Origin: Chrysomallon squamiferum
Taxonomy: Eukaryota > Animalia > Mollusca
Reading direction: 5' to 3'
NCBI GenBank assembly: GCA_012295275.1
Contig: CM022665.1
Location: 46,128,001 to 46,192,000, forward strand
Length of the DNA: 64,000 nt
Shown one piece after another: positions 43,401 to 56,800 of this stretch. The position numbers and the translations under genes were made by a program. The notes beneath the pieces are model-generated. The model ran no database searches and was not told where the DNA came from. It saw only the letters and a program-made list of their open reading frames with translations. Every line of letters begins with the position of its first letter. Position 1 is the stretch's first letter.

Positions 43401-46400
43401 CTTTGATTTATGCCTTTATAAGATTTAAAAGAAACAAAAATGTTGTACCAGATGTATATAAATTTGGAAGTAAATGAATCTGTGAGAAAAAAAAAGAAAC
43501 GGTTTTTGTTTAAAAGGAATTTTAGGTATAAATATTCATAGTATTTGCTAAAGTGTCTTCATACATTTTTCTGTCTGGAGACAATTTATTAAAAACTAAA
43601 ATCAGTAAAAGAAAAATACATATTACATTCTGTTGATAGATTCCACCAAAGCTATCTGCAGCAGTACTTTTGTTAGCCTAATATCTAATGAGAATATAGT
43701 TAACTGTAACTAACTTTGTTGGCATCTTAAGTATATGTTAAAGAGATAAAGTGGGTTACTTAAAACATTTTGTAAGCTTGTTTGTGCATGCATCCACTTC
43801 TCAGTATGTCATTGGTTTGATTTATCTGTTGTAAACTGGTTTGGTTTAAATAACATGCATGTATAGAAACAACTAACATTATATATTTTTATCAAAATTA
43901 TAAAACAGAAGTTTTGGACATCTTGTTTTTAAAGTACTTTTAGTACCATTTACATTTTATGGCTTTATAATTGTAAATGAAAATAAGTTTTAAACCTTGA
44001 CGTATCAAACCTGCTTCAGTTAATCTTTATTAGCACTTGTCATTCCCAGCTGATACATGTATAGCTATCATATTTTGTTTTCATATTTTGGGTCAGTATT
44101 TGTATTCTTTTCTAATAAATATAGTTTATAAAAAGACTAGTATAATCAAAGCTGTAGAGTTGTAGTGAAAATATAACTAGAATATCAGAAGAATTGTCAA
44201 AAGATATTTGTTAATCACCAAAGAAGAAATCTCAGACATGTTGACCACTGGTCACTTCACCAGAACAGTATGTCTGAGCAATCTAGCAAAGGACCTTGTT
44301 TATCTGGGTGGAAAACGTGGATTACATAGTGCTTCAAAGAAAGTAAATTAAGAGCAAAATTTGGTTTTTTAATGCTTGTATGGGTGTGCACAAATGTTTG
44401 TGCCTGTGTTTTTTTTTTTAACTATTTAAAAATTAATACATAGAGTTAATATACATTTATTTTCTATATTATCAGCATTTATTTTAATGCTGCATTGTCT
44501 TTACAATTTCGTATGCTGGTTTTCAAATTGATCCTAACAGAAAGCATTTTTCTGTTTGTCCGTTATGAGCAATAAAAAGTAATCATGATATTTTCTTTAT
44601 AATAGTGCATTTTATTTAATTATTTTTATTTTTCTGTAATCGTATAAGTTATGGATCTCTGTCAAATTTTTAAATACTGACAGTTATTAAATATATTCTG
44701 TTCTAAGAGAATTTACTTTAAAAATTTCTGAAGTAACTATTTTTTAAATTATTTTTTGGTGTATAATAATTCACACAGAATTTTTAATAATTGTATTTAT
44801 TTTAAATAATAGGAACAGAGGATCAAAGAACTCCAAACATCAAGCACCACTTCACCTACCCAGACTCCACCAGTACAGAGCAATCCATTTGCAGTACCAG
44901 CTTCAACAACCACATCTACCACTACTACAACAATCAAGTCCTCCAATCTGTTTACCCCAGCGTCGCCAACATCAGCAGATAAGTCACTAACCAATGGGAC
45001 CAAACCAAGTGATGATCTGCTTGGTCTTAATGAAAATCCTTTTGTACAGAATATTGAGAATGTCATGGCCACTGCATATCCCACATCAAGCAACCCTTTT
45101 GTGGCAAACACAGCCACCACATGGAATGGTGAGAATAATTCAAATAATTCTTAAAACAGCTCATACATATTCATTGTTGAATTTGCTTTATAGTATTTCA
45201 TTTAAATGACAAATGCATTCTAATTTATTCCTTAGATTAATATTTGAAACAGGTTTTTTTTTCTTTTTTTTTTACACTGAAAGAAATGTTTATTTATTGT
45301 TTTTCCAGCTGGTCCAAATTTTGGCACTACCGAAGTAGATTTTTCAAAGGCATTCAACAATGCAAACTCAACTCCAGCAGGTCAGTATTTTATTAATATA
45401 TAAATGACACAAAACAGTATCTTTAAATGTGTTTGAAAATGATAAATTCCAAAACCGGGTGTTTGTGTCTTGTGCAAAAAACGTATAATTAGATGTTGGT
45501 CTTTTGCAGTTTTAGAAAACCAACAAAAAACAGCAAACAAAAACAGGCCTCTGTTGCTTTAAGTTTCATATGTCGCTTTAAGTTTTCCCTGGTATTCATA
45601 GACAATAAAGTGAGACCCTTAGTGGTGGTTATGTGAAAGCACCAGTTTGTCCCACAACATTTTACCTGTTAACCATTTAATGTTTTCATTTTTTGTACCA
45701 CCTTTTTTTTTTTTTTTTAATTATTATTTTTTTTATTTTTAAAACTTTTGTTCTGTTTTCACAAATGTGTAGAACAGTGGAAAATAATACCTATGCATTA
45801 AAATTAATTTACATCAAGATTCCTTGTAATAAGATTTGTTTCTAATATGATAGAAAAAGAGCTTTATCTATGAGTAATCGGAGGTAAAAAAAAAAAAAAA
45901 AAGTGATAGACCATGAATATAATTGTTTTTGTGATATAAATAATTGAATGATTATGATGACAGATGATATGAGAAGGCTTTATGAATGAACAAGTCTGAA
46001 TGCTGAGAATATCCTGCTACTAGCAAAAGTCATTTGAAGGACAGTTATTAAAGCATACTTTATGCACAGATACAGGCTTTATACAAATCCTCATTTTTGG
46101 TTTATATATATTTATATATTTTGATTTTTTTTCTGCTTCTTGTAGTAAATATAAACAAGCAGTTGGATGATATAATTATGTAGTGCTTCAGTAGATATTT
46201 TCAAATTATTTTTTTATTTAATTTATTATTTATTAATTTATTAATTTATTAATTTATTTTTTACTTTTATTTTTTTTTTTTACCATTCATGTCTCTGACC
46301 TGAATGAGCTTCAGGAATTAAGAAATATTAAAAGATTCATCATCGTTATTAATAAGAGAAGGATTAAAATTTCATGTTACATTATTATTTTTTCATAAGC

Positions 46401-49400
46401 ATCTTGCAAAGATTAAACTTAAACATTTAAGTATGATTAGTTTGTTAATCCAGCTGCTTGTCATCTATCTTTAACTGGTGCATGTTTCATTGCATGTGAT
46501 CAACTAACAGCTGGCTTGGATCTCTGTCCATCCCCTAGTGTGGGGATCCACCCCTCCATCTTGAGCACCGCACAAGGTATGCAAAATCTTTGGAAGAAAT
46601 CCTTGTTCTTTGTTTGTTTTTTACTTTATTTTAAATTTTAGCACAGTGTTAGCAAAGTGGTATTTCTGTTAATAAGAACTAAAACAGTAAGATGTTTCAG
46701 TTTTATTAACTAGCACAAATAGTTAAGAGAAGGATGTGCATTTCCAAAACAAAAACAACAACAAATTGACAAAATAGCTTTGTTTCCAATTCATAGTTCT
46801 GAAATTTATTTAATTAATGCTATTACTAGTTAATTTTAAATTATAACTCTTTAAAACTGATCAATAAACAGGTTAAAAAGGTAGTTTAATCTGTAAGTTA
46901 TTTTGGAAATTTGTGCTTGTTAATATGGGTACCACTCTACACACATGAAATCATTTTGGGTTTTTGCTTGCTTTACATTTTGACCTGACAGCTCCTTATT
47001 TAGCAAAAGATTTAGCAAAAGATTTTTAAAAAGCAACAAAAATGGTTTTGCTAAAATTTAACCAGTTAGCAAAATTAATTTTTGTAATGTGTTAATGGGT
47101 TTTGCGGGGGGGGTTTTTGGTTGTTTTTCTTTTTTAAATAGTTTTATATGTGGATACATTTTGTTAATAAACTGTTCTGTTAAACACATTTAATGTTTTG
47201 AAATACGATAAAACGTTTGAAGAGTTAAATTATCATTTAATGCTGTTTGAAGGAAAATTAATTTTATTTGTGATGAACTTACAACTTTACCATTAATGCT
47301 GCCGATAGCTGGGAGTGATGTTGTCTCTTCAGGCCAGCATGTGGAATCTACATCTCAGTCTACACCAGGAGATCTTGGCCAAGCAACTGCAGGAGGCTCT
47401 GAGCACGAACCTTTGCCTGCAGAAACCACCCCAGGGCCTGCTGTGGCAGACCTGATGGGTGAACCTATTAAATCTGAACGCCCCTCAACTCCTGGAACAG
47501 ACTTTATGTCTGCAAATTTCGGTCGGGTCACTCCAGTCCAGCTGTCAACATCTCCTGGATCAGACTTCATGTCTGGTAACCTAGGCAGAGTTACTCCAGT
47601 CCAGACATCCACTGCTGGGTCTGATCTCATGACTTCTGCAAACTTTGGAAGAGTCACTCCAGTCCAGTTGTCTAGTTCTCCTGCTTCAGACTTCATGTCT
47701 AGCAGTCTTGGTCGGGTAACTCCAGTTCAGCCAGTTAGTGCAGGGCAAGATTTGATGTCCACAAATATTGGAAGGGTGACTCCTGTATCTTCTGAGTACA
47801 CTTCAGGCACTGATTTCATGTCAGGTGGCCTTGGTTTTGGTAGTAGTGTTCCCATTATGTCTGACCCAGCTCCAGTTCCTATTGGCTCTGAATTTATGTC
47901 TGGTTTGGGAATGCCTGCAGCTTCAGCGGGTATGGTTCAGGTACCTCCAATGGTTGGCATGGTTCGAGGGCCTGCTCCAATGGGATATGGCATTGGAATT
48001 CCACCAGGCATGACTGGAAGTTTCTCTCCAATTTCTGCCAGTCCTAAACATGGACCATCCCCAGGGAAAGCCAGCGGCGGCCCACCAAAACCATTTGATT
48101 TTGGAGTTGAGGAGGCAAGCAAAGCTCTAGGTTTGAATGTGTGCGAGTCTCCAAAGTTGTCGCCAAGATCTCCAAGAAGAACTATGAGTCCAGGTAGATC
48201 AGAGATTAGAACTAGTCAACACGTACTAGTCTCTGATCGCTAGCTTAGTTTATAGTTTGTAGTCCCTCAGTATAGCACTTGCTAGAAAGGCATGAATCAT
48301 ATTTGGACTGCAAAAGTTACTGTTTTCATCAAAAGTGGCCGTAATGTGTGGAAATGTGTTACTGTACAAATTACTTTTATTTCTTCATTTTGATGTTATT
48401 AAACATAATTAGATTTTCAGCAATTTGAACAAAAAGGAAATTAAATATATAAAATAAAACAAAATAAAAATTTTAAATTGTTTAAATAACTTAAAAAAAT
48501 AAATAAAAACAATAAGAACAATAATTATAAAAATAATAATCATTTTCATCATTAAAAATGCAGTTTATAACTTTTTGTTGATATATAAATCGTTAAATGC
48601 TAAAAATAATAATAATAAAATATGAATGTTTTAATTAGGAATGTAGTTCACATCTTTGGTGTCAGATGCACAGTTGTGTTGTAAAGTTAGATCTGAGTAA
48701 TTTCTTTGTGATACATTTTAATATAGTAGTCTAGTTGTAAACTACTATTTTCTATGGTGTCTAATAAATTTATGTTCATTGATATCATTTTTAATGTAAT
48801 AAACATTAATAAAAAACAATATTTGCATGAAACATTTTATTACATAGTTCAGTATGTAAAATTTGGTTCTGAAATGATGTGATTTTGGAGTTTTACAAAT
48901 ATTCCTAAGACAGTTATTAGTGTGTATAATAAACATTTGTTTGCTTAAATATTCATATTCACACAGATCATACCTACATTTTAAAAATAGACATTTATAT
49001 ACTGAACTTTTGTTAAACACCTTAGTTTAACACACCAACATTTATTATTTTGTTTTATTTTAAGTGTAAATATCCTGAATATTTTGTGTCTGGCATTTGC
49101 ATGAACATCATGAAAACACATTTATCACATTTCTTAAGTATACGAGAAGTAGGAATATTTTTTTAAATCTTAGCATTCTGTTGGATTTTAAAAATGTATT
49201 TATTTATTTATTCATTCATTTTTCTTAATTTTATTTTTTATTTTTTTATTTTTTTTTATTATAAATAGAGGGTTATACTCAATTGTTTACAGTTTACTAT
49301 TTGTTTTTATGAAATAGTAATAGCATAGATCTTCTGATAATGAATCAAGATTATTGTTATGTGCTGGAAGTGCAGTTAAATTGTTTGTTTCGTTTTAAAT

Positions 49401-52400
49401 GATTAATGAATAAGCTAGAAATGAAACTTGGTTTCTTAAATGTTTTTTTTTTTTTTACTTTTGATTGAATCTTAAAATTCTGAAGCTATTCAGAATAAAG
49501 ATTTTACCTCTCTCTGAGGAAGGTGGGGAGGGTGAATCTGTATTACGACTCCATAAAACATAGTTGTAAAATAGTTAATTGACCCAGTGAATAATCCATG
49601 TCATTATATGTTTAATCAATTTAGATTATTTTTTAAAAAAATTCTTTTTTTACATTAACATAATTAAATTCAGAAATGGCTTCTTTCATTTACTGTTATT
49701 TAATTTATTAAATAAGGTGCAAAATATCATTCATCATTTTTCATGCTTAAAGTTAAACAGTTTTGTCTTTGATCAGTTTGTAATTATTGAGAGCATGATA
49801 ACGAGCCATAGTAATGTTTTATTAGTTTAATGTGAATGCATGATTTCAAAATTTATTTAAAGTTTCACTTAATGTTGTTTACACTAAATTTAAATTTGTG
49901 GATTTTTATTACTATTTTTTTATATAGTCTTATTTCTAAATCAGTAGTATTAAAGAAATGGTATGTATGTTTAAGAATTTAGTAATAATGTATCTAAATC
50001 AAGTTTACACATACATTAAATATGAAAAATAATGCCTTTAAATCACTGTAATTATTAATGACATAAAACCAATAATTTTTTTTTTTTTTTTTTAAATAAA
50101 TAAATAAATAAAATAAATATGACATGGACAGATATGCTATGTTCTTTTCACTGCTTGCCACTGTTATTTTTTTTTCAGTAAAAATCACATTTCATTTACA
50201 TTAATTAAGAATATTATGTAAGATTAAAAGCTCTTATTTGTAAGACATTTGTGCTGAAGATGACCCTTGCTTTGTTTCTCATAGCTGCTAACCGTCGTTC
50301 TGCAAGCCCCTCCCAGGGAGCAATCAGTGACCCTGGATCAACAGGTGACAGTGATGATCTGTTGTTCTGTGACAGTGTTTTGAAATGTATTTTGTTTTCA
50401 TACCAATCCTAAAAGCACAAGCTTCTTTTTCAAAAGAATAACTATAGGCCACTTCAGAACTGTGAGATACTGTTTGAGTATTTTATTGTCTGCATAAACT
50501 TTGCTCATTTGAAACATCAACATTCATTTGAAAAAAAAAAAAATAATAATAATAATAACAGTAATAAATTTAAAATTATCATAATTTGTTGCTTGTGCTT
50601 TTAAAGTTTTTGTACCGTTTAATCTCTCCCCATTCCCCAGTTGTTTTTATTTTTGTCCATTGCTGTTTTATAGAACTGTTTCTTTTCTTTTCAGTGAACC
50701 AGGTGGGTAGTGAAAATGGTTTATGTTAACAAATATTATTATTGCATTGAAGGATGATATTTAATAGTTACTGACTTACCAGAAATTCTTCTTAGTATTA
50801 CTAAAACACTTAATATTTTAAAATGTTTACATTACAAAATGTCAAAATTGATTAAAGGTAAAACAAATGACACCTATGGTTAACATAACCATGTTACTTA
50901 ACTGATATAAAGTAAGATATACTGTCAGTTCAGTTCATTTGTTAAAAGCTTTCTAAATACAGTATTTTTGTGTTGCAGGTTTTGATGCATTTGGTGAAGT
51001 GTTGCAGCCTGCCAGTGCAAGTCAGACCAGTAGTCAGGCATCAAAGAACCAGGACACAGCCAATTTGCTGGACAAAGACATTAACAGCAGTTTGTCAAAA
51101 ATAGCTGGCAATCTTCACATTGGTGGACCAGCAAACCAAGTCAAAAAGCAAGTTCAATTATTTCATTCTTTTTAATTCCTTTTTATAATGAATATTCAGT
51201 ATGTACTTTTATTTATTTACTAAAATAATTTTTATTATATCAAGAAATATGACATCTTTCTGTTGTAGCCATACAATTACATTAACTAAAACTCTTCAGA
51301 ATATTGTTATTTCACACAAAGAAATTTTGAAAATTGATTTAATTTCATATCTTTTAAATAATTATGCATAGTCCTTACAAGTTACATGGAACAGAAGAAC
51401 ACACCATAAATTTGGATTTATTTATTTATTTATTTTATTTTTATTTTATTTTTTCTTCGGTAGTTGATATATAATTATGTTTGGTTTGTTAAATTAAATT
51501 ATTTATTTTATTAACGAGCTTACTGTTACTGTAGGGCTGAGCATAACTGGCAGCCAAAAGGTGAACAGAAACTGACAGGAGGTCAGAACTGGCAGCCCAC
51601 TCCTGCTGTAGGACCAACAGTGTGGGGACAGCAACCTCAGTATGCTCCACAACCAATGGTAACAGACAGTTTTAATAATAACCATTCTTAAAAAAAAACA
51701 TTAAAACAAATATTTTTTGAAAAAATGTGCATTGAAAAGATCCATTGGAGTTGTTAATATAAATAAAACATTACTTCCTTAGCAATTCATTTTAAGTGAT
51801 TTTGTTTACAGGCACCGATGGGTATGGCACCCAGGATGGCATATCCACAGCAGCCAGTTGGAGTACCAATGGTTCAGCCAATGGCACAACAGCCCATGAT
51901 GGTATTAACAGTTTATGAATATTTTCATGTAGTTGAGAAAAAATAGAGAAGAGAAAAATTGTCTTCTAACATGTTTTCCTTCCAGTGCTTTTAACTAGCT
52001 GCATGACATACATTGTGTAATGTTAGTGATGTGAAATTTGGTTTGAAACTGTTGACAGAAAATATTCACCTGCTGTATTTATAAAGCTGGGTTTTTACTT
52101 AATAGAATTGTGAAAAATGTGGATCCTTTAATAACTTCAAACTTTAAATTTGTCACAGAATAATAAATTGTACCTTTTCATAATTTTTCATGTCAGCTGT
52201 TTTTAAGTTATTTCTGTTATCATATTTTTCAGTTCCTCAATTACAGAATGGTAATAGTACACACTGACAAATTAGACAGACTGACCTTTATTTTAGCTGT
52301 TTTATTAATATTCTTATTTCATATCTTCACTAATCAGTCAGAGCATATTTTGAAGAGAATTTAAACAAGGTGTTGCTATTTTCTTCAGAACAAAACATTT

Positions 52401-52566
52401 CCAGCTTTTTGAAAGATCACTTCTGAAATATTGAGATGTGAAATATAAATTTTATTATTATTATTATTGATTTCATTTTTGTATTCAAAGTATTTGTTTT
52501 TCTTCATAATTTTAAAATGTTAAGTATATGTTTATATATTTAATCTTGTATATATGTATATATATT

Positions 52567-52603
<37 letters not shown>

Positions 52604-53822
52604 ATGAAATAGTATTCAAGTACCTAATTTTGGAAATGTTTTCTGAACTTGCAAAATATATTTATTTATATATAAAATATATGTGTGTGTATTTAACTTG
52701 CTATTTGTCTGACACAAATTATTTATTTGCTTGTAAGAGCTTGACTTGTAAGTGAAGATACTTTTTGTTAATTCTTTTTTTTTGTTTTTGTTAAATTTTT
52801 AAATTGCTTAGTTGTTTATTTTTAATCTGTCCTATTTAATATATTAAGATTTATCTTACTAATTTGTATATTCCTTCACTATAACTTACATAGTCACAGA
52901 TGATTATTTGATTATTTGAAATAATTTAAAAAGTCAAAGGTAGAGGGAAAGGGTCATTGTGTAAAAAAAAAATTATTATTTATTTATTTTTTATTTTTCA
53001 TTTTTTCTCAAGTGGTGAAACAGATTTTTAAAGAGGATATATATAGTTTATTTAATTATAGAGAAATTAAATGTATTTTTTTTTTTTTTCCAGAAATGTT
53101 GTTAAGAATAATAATATCAATATTATTAGCTTGCTTATTTATTTTAATACCTGACCTTTCTCTTAAGGTTTGGGCATACCATCTGCCTATCTTTAGCAGC
53201 TGTTAAACATTAATATTTTGGTTAATGTGTTCCTACTTCCTTTTACCAAGATAAATATGACACTTCAGTATGTTTTATACTAATTTTTGTTTTTTAAATT
53301 TAATACCTTGATTTACTTCTATTTCTCTTCTCCTTATTGTCCATCAAAATAGTAACACTAATAAAAATTATTTTTTAAAAACAAGCACCATAGTTTTTTT
53401 GTATTCATTACATCATATTTTTATAGAATATTGCATGCAGTTATAACTTTAAAATATAATTTTAATTAAATACTAAAAAACAAAAAATCTTCTGATTTTA
53501 TTTTTTTTTTTTTTCATTTCTTCAAGCATTTAATAATGGCAATAAAATTAGTAAAAAAAAAAATGGCACTTAAAAAAGCTTAAATCTTTAAGACTGCAGT
53601 ACATTTAGTCTGCACTGTAAGTTGTAATGTTTCTTCCATGTTTGTAGGTTTAATTACTCTAGTATCCTGATAACAACTTGTTCTGTGTTTCAGGGTATGC
53701 CTGGTGTTCGTCCCATGGGTATGGTTCCTCAGCCTGCAATGTATGGGGCTGTGCCTCAGCCTATGGCTTACCAACAGCCAGCACAGACAAATAAACCCAA
53801 TGATCCATTTGGGGCATTGTGA
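30565..53822 (+). CDS. PICALM: Phosphatidylinositol-binding clathrin assembly protein (PICALM/AP180/LAP/UNC-11 family, ANTH domain), complete, core about 659 aa
   Basis: Core exons: 30565-30694, 36727-36869, 37230-37305, 37828-37930, 38317-38356, 38588-38644, 38933-39044, 39283-39389, 39845-39886, 42620-42708, 43057-43177, 44813-45128, 45309-45380, 50285-50344, 50979-51147, 51535-51658, 51812-51901 and 53694-53822 (1980 nt, in phase). Protein: MSGQSIMDR...[18 protein letters not shown] (PIP2-binding KKK-H)...[10 protein letters not shown]...[11 protein letters not shown]...[27 protein letters not shown]...[13 protein letters not shown]. The tail has three NPF motifs, a DLL motif and KLTGGQNWQ, and ends DPFGAL*. 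Confidence 0.96.
41095..41118 (+). CDS. PICALM: Candidate 24-nt PICALM microexon (GMKSNVNS)
   Basis: A ~45-nt pyrimidine tract ends in ttgccAG and the donor is a perfect GTAAGT. Phase 0-0 fits between DLAK and APASLL. Confidence 0.65.
46511..46576 (+). CDS. PICALM: Candidate 66-nt PICALM cassette exon ([22 protein letters not shown])
   Basis: ctaacAG acceptor, AAG|GTATGC donor, open frame, phase 1-1 like its neighbours, and GC-rich against an AT-rich intron. Confidence 0.55.
47309..48193 (+). CDS. PICALM: Large PICALM exon encoding a Ser/Gly/Pro/Met-rich repeat region (acceptor at 47309 or 47333)
   Basis: It lies within the 315-aa ORF 47296-48243. Both acceptors and the CAG|GTAGAT donor are phase 1, matching the flanking exons. 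The peptide repeats are conserved despite synonymous differences between copies. Confidence 0.8.
52233..52250 (+). CDS. PICALM: Candidate 18-nt PICALM microexon (FLNYRM)
   Basis: tttttcAG acceptor and ATG|GTAATA donor. Phase 0-0 fits between QPMM and GMPGV. Confidence 0.4.
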
Positions 53823-56800
53823 GAGTTGGTGTAATAAGGTGTTGTAAAAAACCAATTAGTTTTCTTGCCTACAGCGTTTTAGTTTCTCTTTCAAAATGCT
53901 AAATATATATCTATACCAGTTTGCTATATAAATTGAAATAACATATGTTTCTGGTATTATTTTATGTTAAAAGTGGATTTGAAATTTTGTTTGAAGGTTT
54001 TGTTTGTTGCTGCTATTTATTAGGTAGGCAGGAAAAATAATGATGTTGTCCTTGTAATTGTTGGATATGTAAACTTTTCTTCTCTAAACTAGTTTAATTT
54101 CTCTCGGGCACTATCTTTGAAAGATTTTTTTTCTTTTTTTTTTTTTTTTTTTGAAAAATCTATTCGTCAATCATTAAAAGAATAATAATGGATGAATGCC
54201 TAATGCATGTTTCATGAATTCATGTTGGATTATATTTATTTGTATTATTTCATTATTTTTAATTTTTTAATTTATATTATTATCGATTATATTGTTGTGT
54301 AGTTCTTTCCCCAGTCATTCATTCACTCACTCAGTGTACTACTTTAAAACTTTTCTAATTTATTTTCAGGTACCAGGAAAGATGAACATATTTCTTATCA
54401 GGAATCTGTGGCTGTGGAGTTTTCTGCCTTTTGTAGACGGTGCAATAGTGGGCAGAAACATAAAACAAAAAAAAAACAAGAAAAAACAAAAAACTTTCTG
54501 TTGTGGCAGATTCTTTCTTCTTTTCCAGTTTTTTTAATTTATTTTTTTTAAATTATTATTATTTATTTATTTTATTTTTTTTTTAAATCATTAATGTGTA
54601 CATATGTGATAGAAGAAATTTCACTAACCACTTTGATTACAGTATAGCTAGCTGATTTTGCCATGACTGTGTTTCAGTTGTATTGTCATGTAGCCTCAGG
54701 TATGTAGCCGGCACTGGTTAACATGGCTGCATTGTTGTGGATATAGTCACAGTCTTATCTTAGACTTCACTAAATTAAGTCACAGGTTTGGAATTCCTCA
54801 AGCTAACTTGAGATTTTCTATGTCTCTAGAAATAAGGATAAATGTTAACGTCATGTTTGGTTTTGTTATTTTTTTTTACAGTGGCCTTTGCTTATATTAA
54901 AAACTCCCATTATCTGCTAAGTTGGGAAGAAGGAATTGATTCTGTGCAGTCATGTTTGGGTCTGTATTCGTAATAAGCAGAGGTCTGGCTAAGTTACTTT
55001 CTTTGTAAACAGTATTAGACAGAATAAAGCCGATGTGATGTGCTGATAATTGCAAGCACTCAAAGCCAGCTAGCAGCAGTAGGTAGAATATAGTGTAAAT
55101 CCGTATTGTGTATTTACTATTACTGGATGTGTGTGTGACAACATCACACTGTTTCTGATGAAGATACTAAAACTGTCTTGGGATAATAACTTATTTCCAT
55201 CTCCATCATGTTTAATGGAGGTTACTAGACTAGGGAGAGAAGGATAATTTTATTATTCAAGTTGTATTTGTTATTTCGTTGACATTGTCTAATTCAGTTG
55301 TGTCAATCGCGGTATATATCAGTAATAACTTGTTTAAAAATGTAAATTTATACCTGTACCTATGTAACTGTGGTATGCCAACATTATCAGGTTTTGTTTT
55401 TGTTTTTCATTCAGGTCTTCTGTTGGTTGACTGGTTATTTTTGTTTGTTTTTGTTCAGTTGGTTGTTGTTGTTGGGGGTTTTTTTTCTGTTGTTTTTTCC
55501 TCACTAGATATAAATTAACTGGATTCAGAATCATGCATTCTTCTATCTGAAGGTAGATTTGTAATTTTTTAAATTTGATTTTTATTTTTATTTACTTTTT
55601 TTTGTTTTTAAAAACTACAATGAAATATATTCCAACCTTTTAAAAATTAAGAAATATTTAAAAAATAAAACCTGTAAACAATACGCAGTGAAATTAAAAT
55701 TAACAAAAAACAAAAAGTTAAATTAGTTTAAAAGAAAAATAATTCATCAGATTTAAAACCTTCACATAGTATTAATTATCGGCAGGATCAAAATTTATAT
55801 GCTGAAATCCAACAAAAATGGTATATTACTAATTTACAAACTCTGTTAATGATTGTATATATAATTTATGGAATGATCTGGATACCAGTGAAAAATTTAT
55901 ATCCATTTCTATTAGGATCAGTTTTGTATCGGTAAGATTGTAATGTATGAGGACTATTATGATTTTACACATCAGGCAATAATATTGACACTGCTTGCTA
56001 CTTTTTTGTGTTTGTTACTAGGTTGTCAATAATGCATTCAATACCTGTCAAAATTTGGTATATGGCTGTAAGAAATATCAGTAGATGAAAGTGTAAATGT
56101 AGTTATTTTATACTTGTTAACAAGAACCCACTTTCAAAATTTTATTAATCCTAATCGGTTGCTAAATACCTCTTATATTTTTATTCATCAACTTCAACAG
56201 AATATTCTAGAGTAAGCAAAACTTTTTTTTATTTTTACTTTAATATTTAGATTCTTTAAATGGACATATTGCTACATTGTTTGTTGGAAAGAGGTCTGAA
56301 TATTTCTCAGACCTAACTAACAGCTAGAAATCCACAAAATTCAAGAGCTTTTATGAATTTGGGTCTTGTTTACTTGTAGACCATCATTTCATCAAGATTC
56401 TGGTTACATTTATTAAATGAAAGGAAAGGAGTTAATGCTCCATTTTCACTTGTGTATTTATTGATTTACATACTTGTTTCTTGTCAGTGTTGAGTATATA
56501 TATATATAAATGTTAATGTACATAGATGAATATATTATTATCTGTGCAGAAATTGTAGTTTCATGGACATTTAAATGCTGCAAAGAGTGATACTAATTTT
56601 TTCCGTTTCTTTTGCTTTTGTAATAAATGTATATAAGTATATGGGTATCGGGGCCATCAAGATTTCACATTGGTGTAGTTGTGTTTATTTAATTTGATAA
56701 TACTCATTTCATGTTCTTGTTTTATCACTAGTTCACAAGATAGTTACTAGCTGTTAATTGTTGTTTTGTTTTTTTTTTTTTTAATTTGGACTAAATCAAA

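Noticed and set aside
45950-46010. ATGATGA...CTGA suggesting a C/D box snoRNA
   Set aside because: It spans only about 55 nt, the terminal stem is negligible, and I recognise no rRNA guide.
44797-48122. Antisense ORFs 44797-45120, 47355-47696 and 47937-48122
   Set aside because: They are shadows of PICALM exons.
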